NCBI GenBank assembly: GCA_950097015.1
Contig: CATNEN010000003.1
Location: forward strand, 13,640,001 to 13,704,000
Reading direction: 5' to 3'
Source: Macrostomum hystrix
Taxonomy: Eukaryota; Animalia; Platyhelminthes
DNA length: 64,000 nucleotides
The notes beneath the pieces are model-generated. The model had not been told where the DNA came from. It was given only the letters and a program-made list of their open reading frames with translations, and ran no database searches. Shown here one piece after another: positions 48,301 through 57,379 of this stretch (position 1 is its first letter; every line of letters starts with the position of its first letter). Both the position numbers and the translations under genes were made by a program.

Positions 48301-51300
48301 GCCTACTTGACGCTGTGAAGTAGTAAATATTGACGAATTGTAATATTTCTGTAAATATTACCACTTTGCTTGTCTTGGTGACGGTTAGAGGTCCTGAAAA
48401 ATTGCGAGCTGAGATTCACTGATGTTCCACCCTCCAAACCCCTATCATTCCAAATCCCAAAATGAACACAAAACAACAGCCGCGTCATCTTATGTCATAT
48501 GGAAAGCAGCAGCAGCAGCAGCTGTTATTGATGCAGCAACAAAGACTTTCCTCAGCTGGCAGGCCCTTAAATCTTGGTACAGCTAGCGGGGCGCCAGTCC
48601 ACAGCAGGTATGGCAGAGTAATATCTCCAACTGGCATGGGCTACCAAACTAGCTCACACCAGTATCAGCAGCACCAGCACCAGCAGCAGCACCAGCAGCA
48701 GCACCAGCAGCAGCACCAGCAGTTAATTCCTGGCGATACTAGCTTAGGAGCCGGTGCAGCTTCCATGTACGACAATTCTACCGGTTATCGACTGCCAGTG
48801 CAGGCATCTTTTGATGACTGGCAGCAGCAGCAGCAGCAGCCGCCACCGCCACCGCTGATGCAGCGGGATGACTGGAACCAATACGGCAGCCTTCGCCAGT
48901 CTCACCAGTTTCCGCATCATCGCTCCAGTAGGCGAAGTGCTGCCGCCGCCGCCGCTGCTTCAGCGGCTGCTACTGGCATGACGGATCATAGATTGATTCG
49001 TAGTCGGAGTGTTAGTCCGTCTAAGTTCCACCGCCTCAGGCGGCAGCACTTGTTGGCTGCGTCTCGAAATCCGAGGGTATTTTTTTATTTGTTGTATACA
49101 TTTTAGATGTGTGTGATATTTTCCTTATAGAAATTTTTATCGTGTTGTCGCTTTTACAAACGCACTACTGATTTGTTGTAAGTAGTCAATGAGTAGTACT
49201 TTTCACAGTTTTATTTGTGTCCTGCTTTAAAATAAATTTTCACACATGCGCTTTTTGCTTATTAAATTGTCGTGCACCCGTTTTTAGATCAACCACTCAA
49301 TATCATATTTTAGAGTAACACTGAACTCTAGAAAATCTTCTTAATGTCATACATAATTCAAACATCTCCATATTATATTTTAGCCAAGCACACCACAGCC
49401 CGCAGAGGCCAAACTCAGACCCCTATACATAATTTTCCTGCCCTTATGTTTATCGACCCACGCCCACAACACCACAGACCGCACAGTGGCAGTTTCCTGC
49501 CCTAATGTTTATCGACCCACGCCCACCACCCCACAGACCGCACAAAAGCTGTTTCCTGCCCTAATGTTTATCGACCCACGCCCACCACCCCACAGACCGC
49601 ACAGTGGCCGTTTCCTGCCCTAATGTTTATCGACCCACGCCCACCACCCCACAGACCGCACAGTGGCCGTTTCCTGCCCTAATGTTTATCGACACACGCC
49701 CACCACCCCACAGACCGCACAGTGGCCGTTTCCTGCCCTAATGTTTATCGACCCACGCCCACCACCCCACAGACCGCACAGTGGCCGTTTCCTGCCCTAA
49801 TGTTTATCGACCTACGCCCACCACCCCACAGACCGCACAGTGGCCGTTTCCTGCCCTAATGTTTATCGACCCACGCCCACCACCCCACAGACCGCACAAA
49901 AGCCGTTTCCTGCCCTAATGTTTATCGACCCACGCCCACCACCCCACAGACCGCACAAAAGCCGTTTCCTGCCCTAATGTTTATCAACCCACGCCCACCA
50001 CCCCACAGACCGCACAGTGGCCGTTTCCTGCCCTAATGTTTATCGACCCACGCCCACCACCCCACAGACCGCACAGTGGCCGTTTCCTGCCCTAATGTTC
50101 ATCGACCCACGCCCATCACCCCACACAAAGAGGCGAAATGAAATCCCCTACCTATAATTTTCCCGACCTAACGTTCATCGACCGACACCAACCTAAAAAG
50201 TACATCAACCATGCCACTAGCCACTTTATTACTATCGTTAAATTTCTTTGTTGACCAGTAACTATCAATTAACAATATTTAACTAAATCAACTAAAATAT
50301 TGTAATTAGTAAAGTACAGAAAATATTCGCGCAAACTTCTGACCACTCTGAACGCAACACGTCAGGCTATCGCCAACGAATTTGGCATCCTAGTAGACCC
50401 CACTACTGGACTACCTTTGCGAACGGCGCACGGTGAATTCCGAGCTCCACCGGACGGTGCTCCGATTATTTGTCGCATCGCGACTCGAACCTCGGACGGT
50501 CGCCTAGTTCCTGAGACCGGCGATAATGCGGCCACATTTGGCAGTGGAACCAGCGTCAACGCCAATGGTATTCTTGTCGACGAAGATGGCGTACCAATTC
50601 GTGGCATTAACGGCGAATTTTTCGGCTCAAACGGCCGGCCAGTTTATGGTAGTCGGGGCCCGGACGGTCAGTTGTTGGGCGATCCGGCGCCGGTTGTGAA
50701 CTGGTTCGGCGTGCTCGCCTACCCGGACTCGGGCCTTGCTGTCACTCGACCAGACGGCACCCTACTGGACGGCCAGGGCCAGCCCATTGTTTGCCGCCCG
50801 ATTGCACAGGGCACCGCGCCGCTGGACGCTGCGCCAGAAGCTGTGGCTAATGAACACGGCATCCTCACTGCCAACTCTGTTCCGTTGAGAGGTCCTCGTG
50901 GTGAATTCTTCGGACCAGACGGTCGACCAGCTCTGGGTGGTCTTCGCAATGCCTCTGATGGTCGTCTGTTAGAGTTTGAAACAGCGCCGAAGCTTAACTA
51001 TTTCGGAGTGCTAGTGTCTGAGTCGGATGGTCGGCCATTTTCCGGACCAACAGGTCGAGAACTTTTGGACGCCGGAGCGTGCGAGATCACCTGTCGTCGC
51101 GTTGAAGCGGCCAGCGACGTGCCTGACGCTGTTGCCAACGAGTTCGGCGTACTAGTCGACTCACAGGGCGCATCATTACGCGGCCCTAACGGGGAATTTT
51201 TCGGCGCCCCAGATGGGGCCATTGTCTTTGGCCGAAGGTTGCCAACGGGACAATTCGCCGACGAGAATGCCGGACTAGTGAATTATTACGGTGTGCTCTC

Positions 51301-54278
51301 TGAGTCCGGGCCAGATGGCCAACTCTTAGACGAGTCTGGACGACCTATCGAGTGTCGGCGAGCTCGACTAGACGAAGCTACTGGTCGATTGTTGAATGCG
51401 ACAACTGGAACTCCGCTGCCAACATCCGGTGTCAGCGTCAACGGCGTTTTATTGGACGAAGCAAATCGACCGATTCGCGGACCGGCCGGAGAATTCTTCG
51501 ACGCAGAATCGCGACCGGTGCATGGCGTTCGCAATCCCGATGGCAGCTTGAAAACTCCAGCTCAGGCCAACGAATTGGGCGTGCTTGTGAGCACTGAAAC
51601 CAACGAGACACTTCTAGGGCCTGATGGTCAGCTGCTCGATGCTGGTGGACGAGCTATTAATTGTCGACTAGTTCGCTTGTCTGACAATGGCGAGGAATTA
51701 ATTGATGTCAACGGTTATCAAGGCAGTGTTGAAGATCGGCGAGAAAATGAGTTTGGCATTCTAGTTGACGCGTCTAGCGGAGCTCCACTGCGAGACGCAC
51801 AGGGTCGCTACTTCGATGCCAGATGTCGACCAGTTTGTGGTGCTCCCCGAGATCCTGTCACAGGCAAACTCTTAGCTAACAAGGCCGGTTGGCGAGTGAA
51901 CGAGTTTGGCGTTCTGGAAGGTGACAACACCGGCGAAGCAATTAGGGCACCTTCTGGTGAGCTTTTAGACTCGATGGGTCGCACCATTGATGAAGCAGCT
52001 GAGGGTAGGCAGCGCGGACCGCGAGGTGAGCCGCTACCTACGCCCGAAGAGGAGGCTGCCGCTGCCGCCGCTGCCGTCGCTGCTGCAGCTGCTGCCGCTG
52101 AAGCCGCCGCTGCTGAGGCTGCAGCAGCAGCAGAGGCAGCAGCTGCTGAGGCTGCGGCAGCAGCAGAAGCCGCCGCTGCTGAGGCTGCAGCGGAAGCTGA
52201 AGGTCCAGCCGTTGAAGGTGAAGCCGTAACTGCTGAAGGCGCACCAGAGGAGGGCGTTGCCACAGAAGCGGCAACGGGAGAAGCTGGCGCCGAGGGCGGC
52301 GACCCACCAGACGATAGCTTCCTCGGCCGGTTAAAGAAAGGCTTTCACGAGTTCCAAGAAAAGGTGGAAGAAATCGCCGAGGAGACCGGAGACAAGATGC
52401 GCGAAATGAATGAAGAAAATCAGAAGAAATTCGAAGCATTCAACGAAGATACAAAGAAAAAGTTTGACGCATTTGGCGGCGATACTAAGAAACGATTTGA
52501 AGCTTTCGGCGAAGGCACGGCTAGCATGTTCAAGAAGCTAGATCCCAAGAATCTTGGAGGCGGAGGCGACGGCTCCAGCTGAATATGATTGGGCCGGTCT
52601 GCATTTTCAGTTTTCTATTTCAATAATCATGTGGAATTTGGATTGCTTGCTGGTTTTCTGGTGTGGTCTCGGTGTTATTTTGCTATTTTACTATCTTCCT
52701 ATCAATTTGTATTTCCTTTATTATTTGATGTTGTCTATCAGCATGCGAGAATAAAATGCAGATATCGAGTTGATTTAATACATTTTTACCTATCTAATCT
52801 AGATGCACATAATTTTGCAGGTTGGCAAATCTCCAACTGAAGATTATCGCGCTTATCGACAAGGTCACAAAAGATTGTCAAAAAATGTTTCAGTGCCTGA
52901 AATTCGTAAGTTTTTGTCTTTGTACCTTAAAGTATCGAACAAACAGCAGTGGTACAGCTTGACTCACCATTGAATAATATATTAACAGACGTCACCAACG
53001 AAGATCTACCCTATTCTGACGAAGAAGAGGAAGAGTTTATGCCGGAGGATGACGAAATAATCAGCGACGATGTCACCCACCCCTACGACAGCGGCCGTCG
53101 AGGTCCCAACGCCTCCGCCGCCTGGGAACGCGATCGGGATCGTTACCGCGATCGGGATCGGGATCGAGGCTCAAGAGACCCCAGAGATCGCGACAGGCAT
53201 CATCACTACGGCAGGCACGCGAACAGTTCCGCAGATCCCTACCATAGACAACAGACCAGACAGTCTTCGGCGGGCGCCGGCGGCTCAAGAAGTCGCAGGC
53301 AGAGCGGTCATCGCTCGGACTCCCCACCGCCGCCTCCGCCGCCACCGACCCACTCGGGTTCTTCTGGTCACAATCTGCAGCAGCAGCAGACTGGGGGTAG
53401 GGAGCGCGGAAGCAGGCAAAGAAGGCAGCAGCAGCAACAGCAGCAGCAGCAGCAGGAATCGTCGTTTGAATTGCCTGAATCTGAGCCTCAGCAGCAGCAG
53501 CAGCAGCAACAACAGCAGCAGCAACGAATGTCTGCCGCTGCTGCTAACTCGGGGCCAGCTAGAATATTTGTCGCCTTATTTGACTATGACCCGGCCACAA
53601 TGAGTCCAAATCCAGACGCCATCGTTGAGGAACTACCATTCAAGGTCATTTTCTTCCTTTTATAATTTTTTTAATTACGCGCTCGTAGATGACGAGGCAT
53701 TTGGTCTTGAAACTTGTTTTGTAACGAATTTTCTAATTCTCGCTTCCTTTTTCCAGGAGGGTCAGCTAATGAAAGTTTGGGGCGACAAAGATGAAGATGG
53801 CTTCTATCACGGAGAGTGCAATGGCCGAACCGGTCTAATCCCTTTCAACATGGTTAGTGAAGTGCAATTCGGTCAACTCGACGATCCGGGACAGCTGGAT
53901 CAGCTGCTGTCACAGCAGCAGCAGATTCCACAACAACAGCATCAGCTGACAGCTCAGCAACATCATCAGCAGATGCAACAGCAGCACCAGCAGCAGCAGC
54001 AGCAGCTAATGCAACAGCAGCAGCAACAGCAGCAGCAGCAACCCTCCTCTTCAACAGCTAACGGCACGGGTCCACTTCGCCGCTTAGTTGCACTCTACGA
54101 CTATGATCCCAAAGAGCTTAGCCCGAATGTTGACTCGGACATGGAGCTGAGCTTCGTAGCCGGCGACGTAGTCATAGCGCTTGGTCCAATGGACGACGAC
54201 GGCTTTTTGATGGGTCGATTAGAGCGCAACGGTGCCGAGGGTTTGGTGCCTAGCAACTTTCTCCAGGAGATGCCCTAA
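12374..54278 (+). CDS. RIMBP2: RIMS-binding protein (RIM-BP; RIMBP2/TSPOAP1 family), N-terminal coiled coil - SH3 - 3xFN3 - SH3 - SH3, ~1821 aa
   Basis: Phase-consistent GT-AG exons: 12374-13168, 19321-19428, 20146-20268, 20584-20712, 22560-22655, 24908-25048, 25155-25238, 25750-25839, 28106-28228, 29569-29673, 34576-34629, 35537-35759, 38753-38994, 41782-41916, 42374-42449, 43996-44474, 46222-46380, 47544-47987, 48480-49076, 52821-52905, 52989-53644, 53757-54278 (5466 nt). Family motifs: [20 protein letters not shown]; [19 protein letters not shown]; SH3-1 [19 protein letters not shown]; FN3 [19 protein letters not shown] and [35 protein letters not shown]; SH3-2 [20 protein letters not shown]; SH3-3 [24 protein letters not shown]. 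The start codon is the least certain element. Confidence 0.93.
13617..13877 (+). repeat. 5' LTR (261 bp)
   Basis: TG...CA; no difference from 17959-18219 found by eye. Confidence 0.97.
13881..13891 (+). promoter_or_regulatory. Primer-binding site complementary to the initiator tRNA-Met 3' end
   Basis: TGGTAGCAGAG lies 3 nt after the 5' LTR and complements ...CUCUGCUACCA of metazoan tRNAi-Met. Confidence 0.85.
13917..14741 (+). CDS. gag: Gag of the gypsy element, 274 aa
   Basis: [20 protein letters not shown]-terminal motif, LGDRRPTQL, and a C-terminal CxxH...C...C knuckle variant ([18 protein letters not shown]). Confidence 0.92.
   Translation: MPNKRNQRRTEANHGPSASADVASTTPTVQEPGNRGTVRPAPFYRKAPDVWFRQLESQFILARVTCSTTKFHHALAALPEDVACDMVDVEDNYEALKAAVTEMLRANRHQRIEEALAAVELGDRRPTQLVTDIRRRFTEVGLQVDDSIVKSRLLSALPGNIRSALVGHESEALDNFAKIADSMLAVAGPLTPFHTIARATATPTASPQGSAREARPQRRPRQQRQKVCNAHIYYGADARTCRPWCQWPESKPQRVLNSRQATPAQSRAVSPTNM
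14645..17824 (+). CDS. pol: Pol polyprotein (protease, RT, RNase H, integrase), in the -1 frame relative to gag
   Basis: [10 protein letters not shown] (protease), [90 protein letters not shown]. Confidence 0.97.
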   Translation: MVPVARIQAAACAQQPPGYAGPVARRQPNKHVGHAPGPSHDLNEASSLLLPCKLFGKTVRFVVDTGAERSLLPLDLAPRHLLAPTQVRLRSVDGREFHTLGQCSLSLAVPDLRRLFSANFIVTNTPPILGADFLAKFGLLIDMRNKRVHDPTTELNASLHAAAEVAPRVLATSSVLATPLDAFPQLAEAPDYSSAPSSSTVSHQIITDSKPLFCRPRPLPPAKFDAAKAEFDQLLRLGIVRPAASPWASPLHMVKKKDGSWRPCGDYRALNAVTKPDRYPIPHIGHFHHRLHNARVFSKLDLVKAYHFVPIAEEDIEKTTVCTPFGSFEYLRMPFGLRNAASTFQRFVDSILRDMPFVVTYIDDILIHSASREDHDAHLHTVLQRLSDTGLRVSPHKCQFYQDTIEFLGHQISGDGIRPLPDRVSALRALPTPKDSKELQRYLGMFGFYQRHIPHYAQLLLPLRRLLHNTFDWLPEHDLAWRSLQDALADSVTLAFPHPRANFTVTTDASSMALGACLHQLVDGDSTPLAFLSRKLSDTEAAYSTFDRELLAIFAAIKAWKHLLQGQTVTVFCDHKPIIGAFASNKERFSDRQQRQMSAISEIVTDIVHIAGKANVVADALSRPSQDRENSSTSEALVAAAQEIVPTDETTHALPSIDLPAIARAQQLDSTPTPESDAFKLFDIGLTDCQLLCETSYPNPRPVVPPELRKHIFTSIHSLAHPGVKASCRLISHRYFWSEMSRDVRRWAEECQQCQANKVTQHVRRPLDQLPTPSQRFTTVHMDIVGPLTPPEADGRQLPRYLLTIIDAYTRWLEAVPLIDISAASVARGFLGAWVSRFGPPLTLITDQGAQFRAELMAELTKLFGIHHIRTSAYNPRANGLVERAHRSLKAALRARGRCWLEQLPIVLLGLRIQPDDAGHCPFSGVTGEQPIVPPVVTDDSSLHQLSDRFHNLFYPYRLPRTRQTPTHLPGNLEDCSHAWLRLDRVRKPLEAPYQGPFRVLHRSPIIFTLDIRGTPTNVTIDRVKPARLPSPQCEMPPITTDAEDSIRSRLRPRRVTFT
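17944..17954 (+). promoter_or_regulatory. Polypurine tract
   Basis: GGGAGGGGGGG immediately upstream of the 3' LTR. Confidence 0.85.
17959..18219 (+). repeat. 3' LTR (261 bp)
   Basis: Direct repeat of 13617-13877, followed by the TSD ACTT. Confidence 0.97.
19480..20125. repeat. 21-bp pyrimidine-rich intronic minisatellite (CTTCAGCATCTTCTCCCTCCC)
   Basis: Tandem array filling most of intron 19429-20145. Confidence 0.93.
20927..21905. mobile_element. Non-autonomous hAT (Charlie-type) DNA transposon/MITE with an internally expanded 16-bp minisatellite
   Basis: Imperfect TIRs CAGGGGTCAACAAACT / CAGGGGGCGGCAAACT, subterminal CCGGCCCG/GGCCCG motifs, and an 8-bp TSD GACTAGAC (20919-20926) / GACTAGGC (21906-21913) centred on CTAG. 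Confidence 0.85.
21020..21810. repeat. 16-bp minisatellite (CCCGTGTCTCATCTCT)
   Basis: Near-perfect tandem array inside the MITE. Confidence 0.96.
22073..22290. repeat. Unclassified dispersed repeat, copy 1 (homologous to 30637-30900)
   Basis: Shared blocks GAGATGATGCAGGCACATTCGGGTGACATGCTGATAAATTTTGAA, GGCCAGAACCATTGAATATCT.GACGGTCTGAAGAGCTGGC.ACTTGATTCTTGTTTCAGAA and GGGTGCAGCACAAAAAA. Confidence 0.85.
22728..23930. repeat. 15-bp intronic minisatellite (TGTCAGTTGATTTAG)
   Basis: Tandem array with variants. Confidence 0.95.
25380..25645. repeat. 35-bp intronic minisatellite (ATCAGATTCTTGTAAATATCCCATGCAGATTTGGG)
   Basis: About 7 tandem copies. Confidence 0.93.
26000..27930. repeat. 19-bp intronic minisatellite (GATAGGTCATAGGATTAGT changing to GATGAGTGACAGGATTAGT/G)
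   Basis: Long tandem array with two variant domains. Confidence 0.96.
28400..28800. repeat. 68-bp higher-order repeat made of four 17-bp variants
   Basis: ATCCCTAGATTAACGAA / ATCCTTAGATTAGCACA / ATCCCTAGATTAGAGAT / ATCCATTGATTAGCTAA repeated in the same order about 5 times. Confidence 0.9.
30247..30612 (-). mobile_element. tRNA-derived SINE, family 2, copy 1
   Basis: Minus-strand head TGGGGGTCGGTGGCAGAGCGGTTATCGCG...GTTCGATTCC (A and B boxes) and an (ATT)n tail. Colinear with 61369-61727. Confidence 0.9.
30637..30900. repeat. Unclassified dispersed repeat, copy 2 (homologous to 22073-22290)
   Basis: Shares the same sequence blocks as copy 1. Confidence 0.85.
31350..32090. repeat. ~20-bp minisatellite with alternating variants (CACTCTCACTCCAAGAGATT / CACTCTTTATCCAAAAAAGT)
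   Basis: Tandem array seen directly. Confidence 0.92.
32900..34200. repeat. 38-bp minisatellite (TCTGTCTTGTCCATCAGTCTGTCTGTCCGTATGTCTTT) decaying into shorter variants
   Basis: Tandem array seen directly. Confidence 0.93.
34810..35415. repeat. 23-bp minisatellite (ATCTAGGTCTCTGTATCAATCTC)
   Basis: Tandem array seen directly. Confidence 0.94.
35797..36110. repeat. 16-bp minisatellite (GACAGGTAGATAAGGT)
   Basis: Tandem array seen directly. Confidence 0.93.
36641..37870. repeat. 24-bp minisatellite (GACAGGTGTAAGACAGTTTTGAGT)
   Basis: Tandem array seen directly. Confidence 0.95.
38365..38640. repeat. 51-bp minisatellite
   Basis: TGTACATTCTGTATCCTAGCCAACCCCTCAGAATT... recurs at 38413, 38464 and 38515. 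Confidence 0.9.
39380..40030. repeat. 15-bp pyrimidine-rich minisatellite (CTCTTCCTTTCTACC)
   Basis: Tandem array seen directly. Confidence 0.9.
40945..41665. repeat. 20-bp minisatellite (ATCTAGATCTCACATTTCTC)
   Basis: Tandem array seen directly. Confidence 0.95.
43039..43068 (+). CDS. Candidate 30-nt symmetric cassette microexon of RIM-BP ([10 protein letters not shown])
   Basis: tttgttag|ACACAGGCTCGCGTGGAAGGCGTTTCTCGA|gtaaga. Phase 1-1 matches the flanking exons, it contains no stop, and it is a GC-rich island in an AT-rich intron. Confidence 0.6.
43520..43870. repeat. 71-bp minisatellite
   Basis: About 4-5 copies of CACCTCATTTTCCTTTCCAAGTTAAATTCTAACTTTCTCCACAGCC... Confidence 0.9.
44515..45980. 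repeat. 33-bp minisatellite (GGATCTAGAATTAAGGTTTGGATTAAAGATTTG)
   Basis: Tandem array seen directly. Confidence 0.95.
46463..47070. repeat. 27-bp minisatellite (ATTGGGATAAAATCTAATCTAACTTTT), followed by a related 31-bp array at ~47230-47450
   Basis: Tandem arrays seen directly. Confidence 0.95.
49435..50125. repeat. 59-bp minisatellite
   Basis: About 11 copies of CCTAATGTTTATCGACCCACGCCCACCACCCCACAGACCGCACAGTGGCCGTTTCCTGC. Confidence 0.95.
50366..52582 (+). CDS. Large in-frame alternative (probably terminal) exon within RIM-BP: 11 novel ~45-50 aa Gly/Pro/Asp-rich repeats, an Ala/Glu helix and an 11-mer amphipathic tail (738 aa)
   Basis: The acceptor cacgtcag|GCTATCGCC at 50365/50366 is phase 0, matching the donor at 49076. 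The frame is open for 2217 nt to TGA, there is no Met in the first ~535 codons, the repeats are conserved at protein level but diverged in DNA, and AATAAA follows at 52750-52755. Confidence 0.8.
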   Translation, partial: AIANEFGILVDPTTGLPLRTAHGEFRAPPDGAPIICRIATRTSDGRLVPETGDNAATFGSGTSVNANGILVDEDGVPIRGINGEFFGSNGRPVYGSRGPDGQLLGDPAPVVNWFGVLAYPDSGLAVTRPDGTLLDGQGQPIVCRPIAQGTAPLDAAPEAVANEHGILTANSVPLRGPRGEFFGPDGRPALGGLRNASDGRLLEFETAPKLNYFGVLVSESDGRPFSGPTGRELLDAGACEITCRRVEAASDVPDAVANEFGVLVDSQGASLRGPNGEFFGAPDGAIVFGRRLPTGQFADENAGLVNYYGVLSESGPDGQLLDESGRPIECRRARLDEATGRLLNATTGTPLPTSGVSVNGVLLDEANRPIRGPAGEFFDAESRPVHGVRNPDGSLKTPAQANELGVLVSTETNETLLGPDGQLLDAGGRAINCRLVRLSDNGEELIDVNGYQGSVEDRRENEFGILVDASSGAPLRDAQGRYFDARCRPVCGAPRDPVTGKLLANKAGWRVNEFGVLEGDNTGEAIRAPSGELLDSMGRTIDEAAEGRQRGPRGEPLPTPEEEAAAAAAAVAAAAAAAEAAAAEAAAAAEAAAAEAAAAAEAAAAEAAAEAEGPAVEGEAVTAEGAPEEGVATEAATGEAGAEGGDPPDDSFLGRLKKGFHEFQEKVEEIAEETGDKMREMNEENQKKFEAFNEDTKKKFDAFGGDTKKRFEAFGEGTASMFKKLDPKNLGGGGDGSS
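52750..52755 (+). promoter_or_regulatory. Candidate intronic polyadenylation signal for the alternative terminal exon
   Basis: AATAAA ~170 nt after the stop at 52582, following a U-rich UTR-like stretch. Confidence 0.5.
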
Positions 54279-54504
54279 TGCCCATCTACTCGCATATAGT
54301 TATCCTTATTTGTATGGTATTTTGGATCGGTACCTGTTGATCTACTTAGAAGGTCGGTGGCTTGTGTATTAGAGTGAAGAATCCAGCTTGTTTGCCGTAG
54401 TGTCCATTTTAAATGTGTGTTAGATGATAATAAAAGTTGCATTGTCATATTTATAGAAAAAGCGCGTAAATGAGTCATGAATGTACAATGCTCTATTTTT
54501 ATAA

Positions 54505-54735
54505 TAAGCATGAAGATTAGCCAGGAATGTACTATGTTCTATTTTTAGAATAAGCATGAAGATTAGCCAGGAATGTACAATGTTCTATTTTTAGAATAAG
54601 CATGAAGATTAGCCAGGAATGTACAATGTTCTATTTTTAGAATAAGCATGAAGATTAGTCAGGAATGTACTATGTTCTATTTTTAGAATAAGCATGAAGA
54701 TTAGCCAGGAATGTACCATGTTCTATTTTTAGAAC
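54505..54735. repeat. 46-bp minisatellite downstream of the RIM-BP stop (probably in the 3' UTR)
   Basis: GCATGAAGATTAGCCAGGAATGTACAATGTTCTATTTTTAGAATAA, about 5 copies. Confidence 0.9.
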
Positions 54736-57379
54736 AAGCGCGTTAGATGATTCTCGAGTGGACGAAGTTCGAAAAATAGAACGATGAGTTAAGGGAAGTG
54801 AGGGTGGCGTGAAGAAGAATTCCACTATATTTGAGACAATGCTTATGCTCTTCAATTTTTAGCTTTGTTGCATCTTGCTGTTAGTGACAACCGCATACCA
54901 GACCTGTGTGCAATGTCCATTACAAATCGCTTAAGATGCGCGCATATTTTAAATTAAGAGTTTAATACTTTCTGATACTCTGGCTAAAAGTGTCTCTTCC
55001 ACGAAATTCATAAATTTCTCTCGGATTCGATACCCAAGAGCTGCTGTGTTTCTTAGAAATCATGCGTCATTTTTCCGCATATAAACTGTTATATTTAATC
55101 ATCGAAACGACTAGCCTACATTCGTTATACATACACTAAATCGTAACTAAAATATGGTTTTGCTTTTTCTATTTTTTGACGGATCAAATATCATCGAAAC
55201 ATATTTTTTAGTTAAAAATTAATTTTTACTTGAAAACAGTTCTGTTTTCAGCTCTGCCAGTGTGTTTGTTGCTAAGATCGCTATGTTCTACTAGTGCTCA
55301 TTATATTTTCCTATTTATTGATATTATATTTTGAATGCACATCACTTTGCGTACAACTATGTACCTCGTTTGAATCTCTTCGTTTATAAATTGTCATTAT
55401 TTCTTTTTCATCTTGCTGCTCCAGCTATGTATAGTAACGTTAAAAACAATTTACACTTTCTGACTTCTTACTTGCTACTAAGAGTAATAAGTAGTATTGC
55501 TAGTTTAGTGCAAATCTTTTGTAAAAACAAAAGTCTGTTTTATCAATATCTGCATGATTCTTCACGCTCATTAAATAATCGGAATATTTTCCCATCGTTA
55601 ATCATCTCTCATCTGTGATTTCAAATGTTTAAATGCAGCTTTCACTCACAAAAAATAAGGAAAATGATATAGGAAAGTTCAGCAACATCGGATAATTATG
55701 CGCGTTATTTTTTCGATGCCTAAAGCACTATTTTTCCGGTGTTTTGGTTTTTGTTTTGGTTTAATTTTATTACTATGCACATTTTTCTTGTCGATAAAAT
55801 TTACAGCTCTTTGTATTTCATTTTCTATTTGAGGAAGAAAGGTGATGTTTTAGAATTTTAGCAGAAAGATAAGCTTAAAGGAGGGCAGGTCCCACTGAAA
55901 CCTTTGAATCTACTGAATTTCCTCATTAATTATTACAAATCATAAGGTTTGGTAAAAAAATACTTTTTTTCTCGAGTCATTCTTGTTATAATGATTTACT
56001 TTGCTATAACTTTAGTGTTTTAATTATAAAACTTCATTCTCCAATTTAGCTAGTAGTAGTAAAACAGCTTATGCATATTATACTTGATTTATTAGATTTG
56101 CATGAATAATCACTGCACGCACAACATTAGTATTGAAAATCTATTGAATATATTATACAGCTATTACTAGTAAATAATGCACATGCACAGCCACTGTTCA
56201 TATAAATAACTAGTTAAAATCTCTTTGCTGTTAGTACAAAGCTAGTTTTAAAGCTATATACCGCTTTCTCGTTGACTGCCCTACTAATAGTAGGCAGTAG
56301 CGGTTTAGCTGGTAATATTTTTCTGTTCCCAACATTTAATCGCTAGTGAAAAAATTTTATTGTAATAATAAAATTTCTAAATGAAAAACTTATCTAGTCC
56401 GACATGCAGTGCCCGACGAGGGGTGAGAAACGAAAGCTTAACTTTCTCTCCTGTCTCTTCCTTTATTGCTGTCCCATTTGTATTTGTTTTGTTTTCAATT
56501 ATACTTTTGGTTTCTTAATTGTTCCTTTAAAGTAATGATTATTTATCATACATTTTAGTAAAAACAAGCTGAATTAATAAATATATAAATAAAAGTCATA
56601 AAATATAGTGTATACAGTTGCATAGCCAAACAATTCAATGTGTGATTTTCAAAATTCCCAACTAAACGTGTCTTTACTTTTTATTTATTTGTATGATATT
56701 GAAGTTGAAATTTTATTGAAAATAAAGCATTTTAAGACTTCCATGGTCAAATTTAACAGCTTTGTCGCGGTAAAAATTATTAGATTATATATACGAGCGT
56801 ATATATACCATATATTTATCAAAAAATGCATTTTGTAAATAATTTCAATAATTTCAACCCGATATGTATAGAAAATCACTAATTTTGTGTACTACTTTTT
56901 AGGTTCAAATGCGCATCGGCGCTATAAAAGTACACGCATTTTCATACAAAAAGTGAACACAACCCTTGGTGAATTATGTTAATTTTCGGCAACCAATTCC
57001 CCAAATTGGATGCTTAAAAGCTTTGCATAACGCGTCGACAGTGTGTCCAAATTCCATCTATCCAACATTTCTCGACTCAGGAGTTTCTGTTGATATAGAG
57101 CTGACGTTTTATCCCTTACTTATACAAAGATTGCTGCATACTAGAAGGCCAGTATTATGCAGCTTTGCGCTTGGAAATTGGATTGTTAATAGAGGCTTCA
57201 GTTCAGATGGAATTAAGTCAGCGTCCGAAATTTCCTAGGAACAACGTTAGGAGCGGATCTTTGGATGATGTCGCAGAGTTGCTCATTTTGTTGTTAAGAA
57301 CGCGACATTATAGTTTTATTTCTTCACTATTATTTTGTTCACAGTCTCTTGTTTAGTCTACTTTTCACTCTCTAGTGAT

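Noticed and set aside
49435-50125. Regular repeat arrays as possible CRISPR arrays
   Set aside because: The units are head-to-tail with no unique spacers, there are no cas genes, and the context is a eukaryotic intron.
50417-52582. Treating the 721-aa ORF as a stand-alone nested or horizontally acquired gene
   Set aside because: The listed start is TTG, the frame extends back to an in-phase acceptor, and there is no early ATG. An alternative RIM-BP exon is simpler, though transcript data are needed to exclude a nested gene.
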